Source: a virus. From it: 64,000 nucleotides of DNA. Location of the stretch: the UHGV virus genome UHGV-1373362; one strand, given 5' to 3'. The notes below the pieces were generated by a model. It was not told the origin of the DNA. It searched no databases and worked only from the letters and a program-made list of their open reading frames with translations. Each line of letters starts with the position of its first letter. Within the stretch, counting starts at the first letter, position 1. Made by a program: the position numbers and the translations under genes. Shown one piece after another: positions 1 to 10,413 of the stretch.

Positions 1-370
1 GCATCAAATTTCTCTAATATTACTTTTAGATCGTTTAGCATAGATTCTTATATATTTCAGAAACCTTTAAACAGTGATCAATATTAGATCCATTTTCTAA
101 TCCAGTTTGAAGCTTAAGTAATATAGTCATTTTAACCATATCAAGTCTATTCTGCAATTCATGATAGATGCTAGGTTCACAACTACCCTCTTGAGTGAGA
201 ACAGACTCATCTAATCCTTCAGATTCTTTTAATTTAGTCGCCATAAATTCAAATTTTATTAATTAATACTAGTTTAATGTTATTGTTGATAACAATGCAA
301 AGATAACCCATTCCAAATAAGTTACCTAATAAATTACACTTAATTATATTTAATAGAGGCAAACTCATAG

Positions 371-564
371 GTAGGGTACCTCTAAAATACACCCCCTCCC
401 CATTGAGGTAATCAGTCAATTAGAAATTTAATTTTATTGGCTGATAAATGTCAAATTCGCGATTCTCGAATTGCAAATTTTAGTATAAACTAGTAATAAT
501 TGAGAGTTGGAAATGGGTAGAAAGAAGGGAGCGGGAGGGTACCTAGGCGAAACACCCCCTGGGG
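371..564. repeat. paired G/C-rich motifs flanking an inverted repeat
   Basis: GGTAGGGTACCTCTAAAATACACCCCCTCCCC (371-402) and GGGAGGGTACCTAGGCGAAACACCCCCTGGGG (533-564) share AGGGTACCT...ACACCCCCT. An AT-rich inverted repeat AAATTCGCGATTCTCGAATTT (about 452-480) lies between them. Confidence 0.4.
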
Positions 565-719
565 TTCGCCAAAGAAAAATAGCCAAATATATAACACATA
601 CTACTATCTAGGAGTACTATAAAACGTACTTATTACGGTTCATTGGGCTTGGGCAACCTTTTGAACTATGTGGAACCTATGCAGATGTAAAGGACATCTG
701 TTGCCCGAAACATCCTACT

Positions 720-1205
720 ATGGCACTAGAAGGATTTACAGTTATCCGCAAGGATGCAGAGGAGTTTGACAAGATCATGAGTCAAACGACAACATTGTCA
801 GGGTCACAGAGCAGTCCCTTCCAAGAAAACGCTCTGTTCACAGTGGACATGGAAGATCCCGTTGCCATCACTGTGAATCAAGTAAATGGACGGGCATTTA
901 CTATCATTAACCTTGCTAGCAAGGCTGATGGTCGTAAATGTGAGCTTTGGCTAACCACACTCGTCAAAGAGGACGTGGACAGTCAAGGTAATCGAGTGGT
1001 GTCTACAGCATCACTCAATGTCTCATTCCGAGACAAGATTGCAGGCAAGGAGTTAACTCATAAAGAGTTTGCCCAAGCATTCTGCGATCTAGTCGGGGAT
1101 AAGGCAATACGGGTTGTTCGAACCCATTACCCGAAGGTTGTTCCAACCAAACGGGGACCTAGACAGTTTCCAGCTAGTCTGGTAGGTTTCGAACTTGCAG
1201 ATTAA
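720..1205 (+). CDS. hypothetical protein
   Basis: 161-aa ORF with a clean start after a repeat-rich noncoding region. No recognisable motif. Confidence 0.45.
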   Translation: MALEGFTVIRKDAEEFDKIMSQTTTLSGSQSSPFQENALFTVDMEDPVAITVNQVNGRAFTIINLASKADGRKCELWLTTLVKEDVDSQGNRVVSTASLNVSFRDKIAGKELTHKEFAQAFCDLVGDKAIRVVRTHYPKVVPTKRGPRQFPASLVGFELAD

Positions 1206-1550
1206 CCACCTGCACGACCTAGGCAAGTCGTTAAACTGCCTCAATCAAATAGACGTTAAACTGTTAAACATTTCGCAACAATGAAGAAATTTAACAAAAG
1301 CAACTGTGCATCTTGCGTGAGGGCACAGATTGTAGACCAATGGGGTAGAACTATCACCCTAATGGGACAACACGCATTTGAGTGGGAAATTGCAATCGAA
1401 GGCTGTACGGGCAATATAACGATAAAGCAATTTCCCAATGGTAGGGAAGCTCGCAAACACTTTTCACAACTGAAGAGAAAGAGATAATTTACCAATTTTT
1501 ATTAATTGGGTAGGGGTGACAGACCTACCCATAACTAAATACAATATATT

Positions 1551-1820
1551 ATGCAAACAAAAGAATCAGTTAAAAGACAATACGAACTATTATTCGAACT
1601 CTATGGTGTTCAATCAGGTGGTTGGTCAATGCTTCATGAACGCTTTAATAGATATGTGTTCTGTGAAGCTAATCGTAAATCACTCATTGCAGAATACTTA
1701 GTGTGGGAAGAGTTTGTAGAAGATGCTAAGAAGCTTAACGTTCCCTACTACATGGGAATAGATGAGTTCTTAAAGGAATACAAGAATGCCGTTTATTCAT
1801 GTTTAACTAACATTGAGTAA
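1551..1820 (+). CDS. hypothetical protein
   Basis: 89-aa ORF. A hairpin plus T-run follows at about 1830-1865. Confidence 0.35.
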   Translation: MQTKESVKRQYELLFELYGVQSGGWSMLHERFNRYVFCEANRKSLIAEYLVWEEFVEDAKKLNVPYYMGIDEFLKEYKNAVYSCLTNIE

Positions 1821-2353
1821 CAATTAAGGGATTGGGTAGAAATACTCAGTCCCTTATTTTTTTAATTGACCATTTCACAAAACTACATAATTAAAGCTAG
1901 TTCTCAAAACTATCTCCCATCTTAAAATAGCCAAGTGTATAACACCTACCATAATCTGGGAGTAGTATCTATTACATAAAATGTATTTAGATTATTTTCT
2001 ACCACCTATAATATATTGAATTGGTCGATCAATGTATTATTAACTTAACAGACTTGTAGTATGGATTAAAAACAACCAGCCCAAGGTGAGAGGATAGTTC
2101 CTCTTATAAAAATCCTTGGTTGTCCTGAAGCCTAAGGGACGTAATAAAAGCGGGCAAGCTACCTTTGCGTCGTTGGGGTGATAAAACAACGACCTTTAAG
2201 TATATCCGTGATTCGGGGTATACGTATAGAGTGCACAGGTCAGGTTTAGAGAGTGTATCTTTAAACACTCTCTTCTTTATTGTCTGCCTCAAGAGGCGAT
2301 AAAGGAACAATTAACTAGCTTGGGGAAAACAAACTAACTAAATTTTAAGTATT

Positions 2354-2881
2354 ATGGCATTAAGTCAGAATGTTGCAACTGCACTTCAGAGAGTGAAAGT
2401 TGCTGGTGGTCAAGTAGGTAATGGTGTATCATTTGCCAACATTGAAGTACGTGTGAACGATGGTAGCAATATGTTTGCTGAAGGGGATGAGTTTATTGTT
2501 CCCTCTGGTGAAGATTTGCAGAATTGTAAATTCATTCGTAAATTTAATGGCAACAATGCTCCCGGTATCTTTGTTGAAGTTGGTGATCAGGTTAAGGAGT
2601 TATATATCAGTTCTTTCGTAAAGGCTGTTATTCCTTATAATGATGACTCAACTCGTGTAAAAGATGCTTCTGGGAACAATGCACCTGCAATTATTGCCAC
2701 AGGTACAGCAGTGGAATTGTGGAAGAAGTTTGCTAATGCAGAAGATGCTTTAGCGGCTATCGCAGGCAAGAAACTGAGAATCACAAGGATCCAATCTGTA
2801 CAAACTATGCGTCAGAGGGCTAACGGAACAAGAACTCTTGGAAATCAATGGGTGTTCACGATAGACATCGTAGAAGCATAG
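2354..2881 (+). CDS. hypothetical protein (possibly abundant or structural)
   Basis: 175-aa ORF rich in Gly/Ala/Val. Two strong inverted-repeat hairpins follow it at 3099-3186. Confidence 0.45.
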   Translation: MALSQNVATALQRVKVAGGQVGNGVSFANIEVRVNDGSNMFAEGDEFIVPSGEDLQNCKFIRKFNGNNAPGIFVEVGDQVKELYISSFVKAVIPYNDDSTRVKDASGNNAPAIIATGTAVELWKKFANAEDALAAIAGKKLRITRIQSVQTMRQRANGTRTLGNQWVFTIDIVEA

Positions 2882-3098
2882 CAGTAAGAGGTGAACTAAT
2901 AGGTGACAGACTCCTTAGAGTAGGAAATGTCACCTATTCAGTATTACCTTATGAGGTTGTTCCTAAGTACAAAACTTGTTTCTTCTTGTTATGGAAGATG
3001 GGTTATGTATATGCTATACTGAATTATGTTCCATTTGATAGTGCCAATTGAATGAAGTAGTGAAGTAAGCGAGGGAGGAGTGCCTCTCAAACCCCCAA

Positions 3099-3186
3099 GA
3101 ATCCCTCATTTTCTCATCCTCAAACATTCAAGTTGAGGGATTCTGTAACCGAATACACATTTAAAATAGGTTCCATGTATTCGGTT
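3099..3186 (+). terminator. tandem stem-loops (putative transcription terminators or RNA-stability elements)
   Basis: 10-bp perfect inverted repeat gaatccctca/tgagggattc at 3099-3143, then 11-bp inverted repeat aaccgaataca/tgtattcggtt at 3147-3186. No T-run follows. Confidence 0.4.
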
Positions 3187-3448
3187 ACTATAAGGGGCTA
3201 AATAAGATAACGCATCTGATGAGTCTTTGAAAATTAAGACGAAACACCTTCAATTAGGTGTCATGCGAGTGTTATTCATACAGTTGAAATAACGCTATTT
3301 GATTGCTAATACTCATGGTATGTGAATATAGTGAGTATTTAATTTAATATTAAGACAGTCTAGGAGTCTATAAAATTGTTACCGAAGAGACTAGAATGAA
3401 ACTTCTTTAATTAGAAGTCTAACAACTGAGTTAAAGATTAGTTCTATC

Positions 3449-3760
3449 ATGCTTATAAATAAGTTTGGACAAGTCACGAATAACAGTAGTGACTTACTCC
3501 TTACTCCTGAACAGGAGGAATTTATGAAATCTTTATTGGATAATGGCAAAGCAACATCATTATCATTACGTTATGGCAAAGCAATAGCTAATAAAATCAT
3601 TATACCATCAACGATATATGATATGACCTTTAACAGCATAGAAGAAGCATTTAAATTATTAGATTCATTAGAATATGCAGCAGAGCATACTGATGATTTT
3701 GATAGCTATGATGCTAATTTGATGCAAGTACTTCAATACTATTTAGGTAATGGACGATAA
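3449..3760 (+). CDS. hypothetical protein
   Basis: 103-aa ORF. Confidence 0.4.
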   Translation: MLINKFGQVTNNSSDLLLTPEQEEFMKSLLDNGKATSLSLRYGKAIANKIIIPSTIYDMTFNSIEEAFKLLDSLEYAAEHTDDFDSYDANLMQVLQYYLGNGR

Positions 3761-3930
3761 AGAATCATCACAGGAAACTATGGGTATAATAGCTCTAATA
3801 GCATTTATTATTTATGTCTTAGTAAGACTATTTACACCAGGTGATTATTAATTAAACAGCTTTGCACTGGTTTAGTATCCTTACTAGTGTAAAGTTTTTA
3901 GTCAAAGGATATATTTAAATACTAATCAAA

Positions 3931-4737
3931 ATGGAAGAGATTAAATCGCAAATCAAGTTTAAAACAGTGAGAATTACACCGGAAGATGCAAAAACATTAT
4001 TAGAATCTTCTAAAGGTAACAGACCTGTAACAAGAAAGAGAGTGTTGCAATATGCAACTATAATGGGTCTTGGACAATGGCTCCTAAATGGCCAAGCAAT
4101 CATCCTTGATGAGGACAATGCTTTAGCGGATGGACACGGTAGACTAGAGGCTTGTATAGAAGCTGGTGTACCTTTCGAAACTGTCCTAATATACAATGTT
4201 CCTCGTTCAAGCTGGGTTACTTTAGACTCTGGTAAAGCAAGAAGTGCCGGAGATGTATTTGGAATCGAGGGTATTACAAATCCTGTTCTAAAGAGTGCTA
4301 TTGTCAATAAGTATTATGGATTGAAGAAGGGTATTACTATTGCATCTGTGGCAGGTAGTATGAGTGTTCTAGGTCAGGACTTTAAGGCTCAAGCTTTAGT
4401 CATATATAAGGAGCATGCAGAAGTGTTTGATTGGGCAGCTTCAGTGAGTAGTAAGGCAGTAGACAGGGGATTGGGAGGTCTCTGTACAGCATCCATCTTA
4501 GGAGGTATTGCTTCTTACTTAGTTCTTGAAAAGAATAGGGAACGTGAACTCATTGAAAAATTCCTAGAGTCTTTAGTAAGTAGTTTCGTGCCTTTGTTTA
4601 CATCTACAAGAATCCGACTAAAAGGAGCAAGTAAGGGTGTTGAGCGTCAAGCTATTTTAGCAGAAGCTTGGAACAAATTTGTAGAAGGTAAGGAGACTAC
4701 AGCAATTAGAATAACTGTAGTTAAACAATTTGAATAG
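3931..4737 (+). CDS. ParB-like nuclease domain protein
   Basis: N-terminal region ILDEDNALADGHGRLEA resembles the ParB/Srx DGxHR motif. 268 aa. Confidence 0.4.
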   Translation: MEEIKSQIKFKTVRITPEDAKTLLESSKGNRPVTRKRVLQYATIMGLGQWLLNGQAIILDEDNALADGHGRLEACIEAGVPFETVLIYNVPRSSWVTLDSGKARSAGDVFGIEGITNPVLKSAIVNKYYGLKKGITIASVAGSMSVLGQDFKAQALVIYKEHAEVFDWAASVSSKAVDRGLGGLCTASILGGIASYLVLEKNRERELIEKFLESLVSSFVPLFTSTRIRLKGASKGVERQAILAEAWNKFVEGKETTAIRITVVKQFE

Positions 4738-4903
4738 ACCTACGTAATGGGTGCTAGTTTAATAGCTAGCACCATTTATCCATAATTAAGGCAGGCAATC
4801 CGTGAGGTAAATAAATAAAAAGACTCTAAAAGTTTAGAGGGATATTATGAAGACCTGTGCTCACTTGATATAAGAAGAAACGTTTAATAGTGTACATAAA
4901 AAC

Positions 4904-5599
4904 GTGGATACTCAGAGCACCAAGTATGGTTGTGGGTTTATTTTTTCAAAAGTACTTCTTATGATTACACATACAATGACTATGGAGGAGATTCAAAGCG
5001 AAGTCCTCTCTATTTATAAAACGATACATACACGAGCAATTCCTCTTAGTAAAGCCTTTCTAAAGAAAGTAAAAGGTCAGTTAAATGGTAAGCTTATATG
5101 CTGGGTTCATCATGATGAGATTACAGTAAAGGGTAATACTATTCTAATATATTACTCTAGTAGGAGAGGAACTATTAAGGACTTCTCATCTATTTATTTC
5201 ATCAAAACTATGAACTCTAAAGGGCAGATAGAGTACTACCAGATACTAAATGGTGGATTAGTAAGGAAGTTCTCTAAGCATTTCTTAGAAAGATTTGTGG
5301 AGAGGACAAACTGTAAGGGTGATGTACTAGCTAACCTGGTCAAAGAACTATCTCCCATTTCTATATATAATCCCTTTTATGATGATACACAATTCTTCAG
5401 TACTTTGAATGGACTTGCGGTATTTAGAAACAATGTAATGATAACGTACCTTAATAACTTATCTCAATATAAATCTGAGATTAGGGAAGAGGCATTGGCT
5501 ACTTTAAAGAAAGTTCCACTCCCGACTAGGAGGGAATCCAGTTACATGACTGAGAGTGGTTCCATAGTATTATATGGTCTTGCTGACATGGAAACTTAA
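4904..5599 (+). CDS. hypothetical protein
   Basis: 231-aa ORF. Confidence 0.45.
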   Translation: MDTQSTKYGCGFIFSKVLLMITHTMTMEEIQSEVLSIYKTIHTRAIPLSKAFLKKVKGQLNGKLICWVHHDEITVKGNTILIYYSSRRGTIKDFSSIYFIKTMNSKGQIEYYQILNGGLVRKFSKHFLERFVERTNCKGDVLANLVKELSPISIYNPFYDDTQFFSTLNGLAVFRNNVMITYLNNLSQYKSEIREEALATLKKVPLPTRRESSYMTESGSIVLYGLADMET

Positions 5600-5744
5600 T
5601 TATTATTTAAATAGGAGAATATGATTTCTCTATACCCCGTGAAGGGGTCGGCATCATGACTAAGCCTTTACGTGGCGATGCTATAAGTAATCCATAAGGA
5701 TGAAACTAATTAGTCTTATTACTAACTAATCAAATTTAATAAAG

Positions 5745-6026
5745 ATGGAGAATATTTTAGAACAAGACATCATCAATGCTATAATAGCATTAGATGCACA
5801 GAAAATTGAGAAGATTAGAAAATCTTTAAGGGATCAATTAAGGGAACTTCATGTGCAGTCAACTAAGTTTCAAAGAGTAGTATCTATTTTAAGTGCAGCT
5901 GGTTATCATGATCATGAAGAATATACCAAACACTGTATCCTTATAGATAATACTAGTAAAGAGATTCAGGATCTTCAAGCATTAATAGAACAATGTAATT
6001 GTGCATTAAGGGAATTTAATAAGTAA
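5745..6026 (+). CDS. hypothetical protein
   Basis: 93-aa ORF. Confidence 0.4.
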   Translation: MENILEQDIINAIIALDAQKIEKIRKSLRDQLRELHVQSTKFQRVVSILSAAGYHDHEEYTKHCILIDNTSKEIQDLQALIEQCNCALREFNK

Positions 6027-6163
6027 AGCTATGCAGAACATTGTTTATATTCTAGGGGTTTTCTATTTGGCACATATGTGTCTCAACGCAAAGTTGTGGA
6101 TACCTCTTGTCCTATGTGGACTATTATTGTCATTTATTGTACTAACTATAAAACAAAAGAAAC

Positions 6164-6553
6164 ATGAAAAGAATTGAAGAAGTGTTACAGTCAGGAGATC
6201 ATTCCTATGCACATGTTATAGATCAGCTAGAAGCCATTTTGATGCCATTTGCACTATATGTTGCAGGTAAAACTCCGTACTGTGCAGGAGAAATCATCAA
6301 AATTAGCTTGGGCGAAGTTGAGGATAAAGAGGAATGGGTATTCAACTTTAATGATTCCTGCACAGTAACGTATGATTCCATTAAGGAAACAGTAAGAATC
6401 AATAACTCTGATGTAATCCACCTATGTAAGGATGATGCTAAGATTATTGATATTCTTATCAATGGTATCCTAAGGAAGAAACACGTAACTCCTGAGCCTG
6501 ATCAGAAGAAGGTATCTGAACTTCTGGAGGAGCTTGAGAGGATATTTAAGTAG
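6164..6553 (+). CDS. hypothetical protein
   Basis: 129-aa ORF. Confidence 0.45.
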   Translation: MKRIEEVLQSGDHSYAHVIDQLEAILMPFALYVAGKTPYCAGEIIKISLGEVEDKEEWVFNFNDSCTVTYDSIKETVRINNSDVIHLCKDDAKIIDILINGILRKKHVTPEPDQKKVSELLEELERIFK

Positions 6554-6665
6554 TAATCCATATTAAATGTTATTATTGATCATATTAAAAAATTATAATT
6601 AAGTAATTAATCAGAACAAGATTGGCTGTGAAGTTAGTCTTGTTCTAAACTTAAAACACATTATT

Positions 6666-6911
6666 ATGGCAAAAGTTATTAATTTTGGTACTCCTATCCT
6701 CCTTGGAGACTTAGGAAATGGACAAATTGCGGAAGTGCTAGAGTGGTTTGATTGTAATGTATCTGTTGGAGATATTATTCAAAGACAGAACAATATGATT
6801 TTTATACTAGGAAAGAGTCACTTTTACTCTGATATAAACCAGGGTTCAGAAAGGTGGAAATCAACAGCAAAGGTAAGAGTTCTACCTCAAGGTACTACCA
6901 TAATGCTATAA
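6666..6911 (+). CDS. hypothetical protein
   Basis: 81-aa ORF ending immediately before the structured ncRNA locus. Confidence 0.35.
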   Translation: MAKVINFGTPILLGDLGNGQIAEVLEWFDCNVSVGDIIQRQNNMIFILGKSHFYSDINQGSERWKSTAKVRVLPQGTTIML

Positions 6912-6912
6912 T

Positions 6913-7457
6913 GGGCTTGACAGGTTTTGACAAGTAATTACAAGGTAGGAAGACGTGTAGAGTTGGCACCAACTCTTATAAAATGATGCAAACAATAACT
7001 GGAGAAACTGAAGGTTTCAGAATGGCAGCCTAAGCTGCTGGCTTATTAGATATATCTAATTAAGTCGGGTTAATGGAGAAGACCTAGAAACAGAAGAGGT
7101 GTGGGAAGAAGCATTATAAAGCAGCCTACTTAACTTGAAAGCCAAAGGTTAGTAAAGCTGAAATTCTCTATGTCATTAAACAGGAATGCATGGTCTTAGG
7201 GTTGACTTACCCTTAATTATTGCACGTTCTCCAACGTAAATGGAGTGGTGGGGAGGATGACTTCGGTCAATCCAAGTTTGATAGTTTGTAATTTGGTCTA
7301 GTAAGGTTTGTGCTAAATTCCTGTCCTAGTAATCAAGGCACAGTCCAACAAAACTATCTACATGCCAGAACTCACTGGCTGATGTAATATAAATGAGACA
7401 CACGTTATCTTCTTATTGAGGATTATTTGGACGACGGTTCGAATCCGTCCAGGTCCA
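6913..7457 (+). ncRNA. candidate tmRNA (ssrA-like) or tRNA-like (Y-RNA-like) structured RNA
   Basis: 3' end GGACGACGGTTCGAATCCGTCCAGGTCCAC gives a T-arm (GACGG/CCGTC, loop TTCGAAT) followed by the acceptor 3' strand CAGGTCC+A. This is the same layout as the E. coli tmRNA 3' end. The complementary 5' strand GGGCTTG lies at 6913-6919, directly after the preceding stop codon. A short internal frame ...GFRMAA-TAA at about 6990-7033 ends in Ala-Ala, as tmRNA tag peptides do. About 780 nt here are noncoding. Confidence 0.3.
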
Positions 7458-7695
7458 CTAATGGATTAACGCCTATAATGAGTGCACTTGTTATAGGATG
7501 CTAATGATGCTACTTAGGAATAACTACTCCACAGGTAGGTAATTTAGAAACTTCTCAAAGTCATTGCAAGGGTGGAGAGAAGAAACTTATTACTGGTTTG
7601 GGAAATTTAAACCTATAGTGCTGGAGGCTAAATGATTTAGTAATGGGTTCGATTCCCTGTTAATCCACAGAACTAACTAATCAAATAATTAAAAC

Positions 7696-8148
7696 ATGGC
7701 AAAAATGACGTTAAATGAATTATCAGTAGCAGTGAACATGGTGAAAAAAGAGTCTCCTGCTACCTTTACATTAAGTAGTCTTAGACTTCAATTAAGGGAG
7801 ATCGGAGTTCCAATGTACAATGCATTTGCAAGGGCTTTGGTATCTAGAGGGTTTATTGAAAAAGTTGGACTTACACTAGCTGAGGGCTATCAATGGGCTA
7901 AGCCTGAACCTATCCACAAGGATATAGTAGAATCTCTTATAAAAGAAGCAAGGAAGAGATCTAGTGATCAAGCTAAGGCTCGCTGTAACAAGCTCCAAGT
8001 AGCACCTCAAGTAGAAGAAGTCCAAGAGGTAAAATTAACTCCCAAGGAGGAATTAATTAATCGTGCAATCAAGATTCTTCTTGATAACGGCTATAAGATC
8101 TCTAAGCCTATTACAACTTATGAAGAAGTAACCTCTTACGATTTGTAA
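7696..8148 (+). CDS. hypothetical protein
   Basis: 150-aa ORF. Confidence 0.45.
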   Translation: MAKMTLNELSVAVNMVKKESPATFTLSSLRLQLREIGVPMYNAFARALVSRGFIEKVGLTLAEGYQWAKPEPIHKDIVESLIKEARKRSSDQAKARCNKLQVAPQVEEVQEVKLTPKEELINRAIKILLDNGYKISKPITTYEEVTSYDL

Positions 8149-8149
8149 T

Positions 8150-8407
8150 ATGAAAAAGGTATATTATAAAATTATTGATCCAGTAAATGATATAACCTTG
8201 GCTGGATGTAGAGTATATCCTGATTATAATTATAGGAAGGTGGTAGAAGTGTTATTAAAGGAATTGGGAATAAATGCAGATGATTATCGGGAACGTACTC
8301 CGATTACTAATGCACAAGACTCAATCCCAGGTATGCCAGAGTATTATATGACACAAGGTTATGTATATGGCACTTCTAAACTAGTAAGTATAACGGTAGT
8401 AGGATAA
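8150..8407 (+). CDS. hypothetical protein
   Basis: 85-aa ORF, start adjacent to the upstream stop. Confidence 0.4.
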   Translation: MKKVYYKIIDPVNDITLAGCRVYPDYNYRKVVEVLLKELGINADDYRERTPITNAQDSIPGMPEYYMTQGYVYGTSKLVSITVVG

Positions 8408-8663
8408 CACCTAAACACGAAACTATCCTGATGATGGAATCTACTAATGTAGGTTGACTTAAGCGTGTATAAATAAAAGTTGAAACTCTAGCCCATGTTG
8501 GGTTAACATATGGAGAAATTCCTATGACTCGTATTTGTTTATGTGTAACCTTGATTAATGATCAACTAAAATACGAGGAGTCGGTAGTAAGAAAAATAAG
8601 ATAGATTATATAGATGATAATGAACGTGCTATATAATTATCTCAACATAAAAAGAGATAAGAA

Positions 8664-10412
8664 ATGGAATTTAGTAAGAAGGTTAAGAGCCTTGATAGGG
8701 CTGAGCAATCTCCTGAGAACAATGCGTTCATTAGGGAAGGGTTGAAAGAGTCTAATGTGACTCAAAGTGGTAATGGTGCTAAAAAGTATAGTACCAGTAA
8801 TGATGTATTTGTGGATAACTTTGCATCTATATCTAAGTTTGCAGAACCCCGTTCTTATGAGGATATAGCAAAAGATATGTACAAGTTGTGGAGTGTAAAT
8901 CCAGAAAAGTGTGTTAAGTTAGCCATCTATATTAGGATGATAACTAGGCAAACACAAGTACTCGTAGATAACAAGGTTTCTACAACTGAAGATGTACAAA
9001 GAGGACAGGGATTAAAGAATGAAGGTATTTTACGGTTTATTTGGTTGTCTATATATCATAACCAAGCATTCGTAGCCAATCTGCCATTCTTCATTAGCGC
9101 TGGTTCTTGGAAGGACATATTTGAGATGATGAGCCTTGATTTACAGTATCATGGTTGGGAAGGTCATAAATTGAATTGGAATTTCTTAAGTTCAACTGTA
9201 TTAGCCGGTTTAGCTAATGAAAATACATGTGAGCTAGTAAAGAAATATCTGCCTTCTATTAGATCTAGCAAAGACTGTGTTACTTTAGCTTCTAAGGCTA
9301 GGAGTATTGTAGGCAAATATATGGCTAATCGTATATTTGGGAAGAAGGGGGAAGAGAAGACAGAAGATACGATGAACCACATTCATCGTAAGTATCGTAA
9401 GTTCAAACAGAGTGGTACTGCACATGTTTGGCAGCAATTAATCGGACAAGGTAGAATGCTTGAAATTGATTTCAATACCATTCATGGACGTGCTTTAAGC
9501 CTATTGGTAGGCTCTAAATTCTTGAAAAATCAGGGATTGGTAGAGAAGTATTACCAATGGCTTGCATCCCGCAAAACGGTTAAATATACTGGATTTGTGC
9601 ATGAGCTGTTTGAACCACTTGGAAATAAATATTGGGCCTGCCCATTACCAGATTATCAGGAAATCACTATTAATAAGCAGTTTGAGCAATTAGTTGAAAC
9701 TGCCCGTAAGGATATGGACACTAACAGTAGGTTATTAGTCGTTAGAGACATTTCTAGCTCTATGACTTCACAGGCTGTGGGCAGTAACATGTCATCTTAC
9801 GCTATTGGTAAGGCAATGGCTCTCTATTTCTCTGCACTATTGGATGGTCCATTTAAGGATGCCTATGCTACATTTAGCAATACTTGTAAGCTTTGTAAAT
9901 GGCAAGGTAAGACTCCTATAGAGAAGTGGACAAACGATAATGATAGTAGATTTGGAAGTACCAACCTCCAATCTGTAGCAGATATGTTTGTCAAACTAAG
10001 AACTACAATGGGAGTATCCGAGAATGAGTTTCCAACAGGTGCACTGCTTATTAGTGATGGTGATTTTAACTGGTGTGGTACTGATGTGGCCAACTTTAAG
10101 GCATTTAGAGATAAACTACTTAAAGGTGGGTTTAGTGTGGAGTATGTAAACAACTTCAAATTAATCCTTTGGGATATTCCTAATGGATTCTATGGTAAGG
10201 GTAGACCTACTGTATTTGAAGATTTTGCTGATGCTCCAAATAACTTCTATATGAGTGGTTATGATCCAGCTGCTATAGCATTTATTATGGGAACTAAGGC
10301 ATTTAAAGCTACCCCCAAGAATGCAACAGAACTGTTCAATGCAGCTATGAACCAAACACTACTCAATATGGTAGTAATTCCTAAAGAGTATTATAAACGT
10401 AAAAAGAAGTAA
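8664..10412 (+). CDS. vWA domain protein, possibly TROVE/Ro60-like
   Basis: 582 aa. C-terminal von Willebrand A domain with MIDAS-like motif VVRDISSSM. Length and architecture (large N-terminal domain plus C-terminal vWA) resemble Ro60/TROVE-type proteins. The TROVE part is not verifiable by eye. Confidence 0.5.
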   Translation: MEFSKKVKSLDRAEQSPENNAFIREGLKESNVTQSGNGAKKYSTSNDVFVDNFASISKFAEPRSYEDIAKDMYKLWSVNPEKCVKLAIYIRMITRQTQVLVDNKVSTTEDVQRGQGLKNEGILRFIWLSIYHNQAFVANLPFFISAGSWKDIFEMMSLDLQYHGWEGHKLNWNFLSSTVLAGLANENTCELVKKYLPSIRSSKDCVTLASKARSIVGKYMANRIFGKKGEEKTEDTMNHIHRKYRKFKQSGTAHVWQQLIGQGRMLEIDFNTIHGRALSLLVGSKFLKNQGLVEKYYQWLASRKTVKYTGFVHELFEPLGNKYWACPLPDYQEITINKQFEQLVETARKDMDTNSRLLVVRDISSSMTSQAVGSNMSSYAIGKAMALYFSALLDGPFKDAYATFSNTCKLCKWQGKTPIEKWTNDNDSRFGSTNLQSVADMFVKLRTTMGVSENEFPTGALLISDGDFNWCGTDVANFKAFRDKLLKGGFSVEYVNNFKLILWDIPNGFYGKGRPTVFEDFADAPNNFYMSGYDPAAIAFIMGTKAFKATPKNATELFNAAMNQTLLNMVVIPKEYYKRKKK

Positions 10413-10413
10413 T

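Noticed and set aside
7560-7680. An additional standalone tRNA at about 7600-7675 (T-loop GGGTTCGATTCCC)
   Set aside because: The T-stem pairs poorly and no complementary acceptor strands or anticodon arm could be folded. Treated as part of the structured ncRNA locus rather than a tRNA gene.
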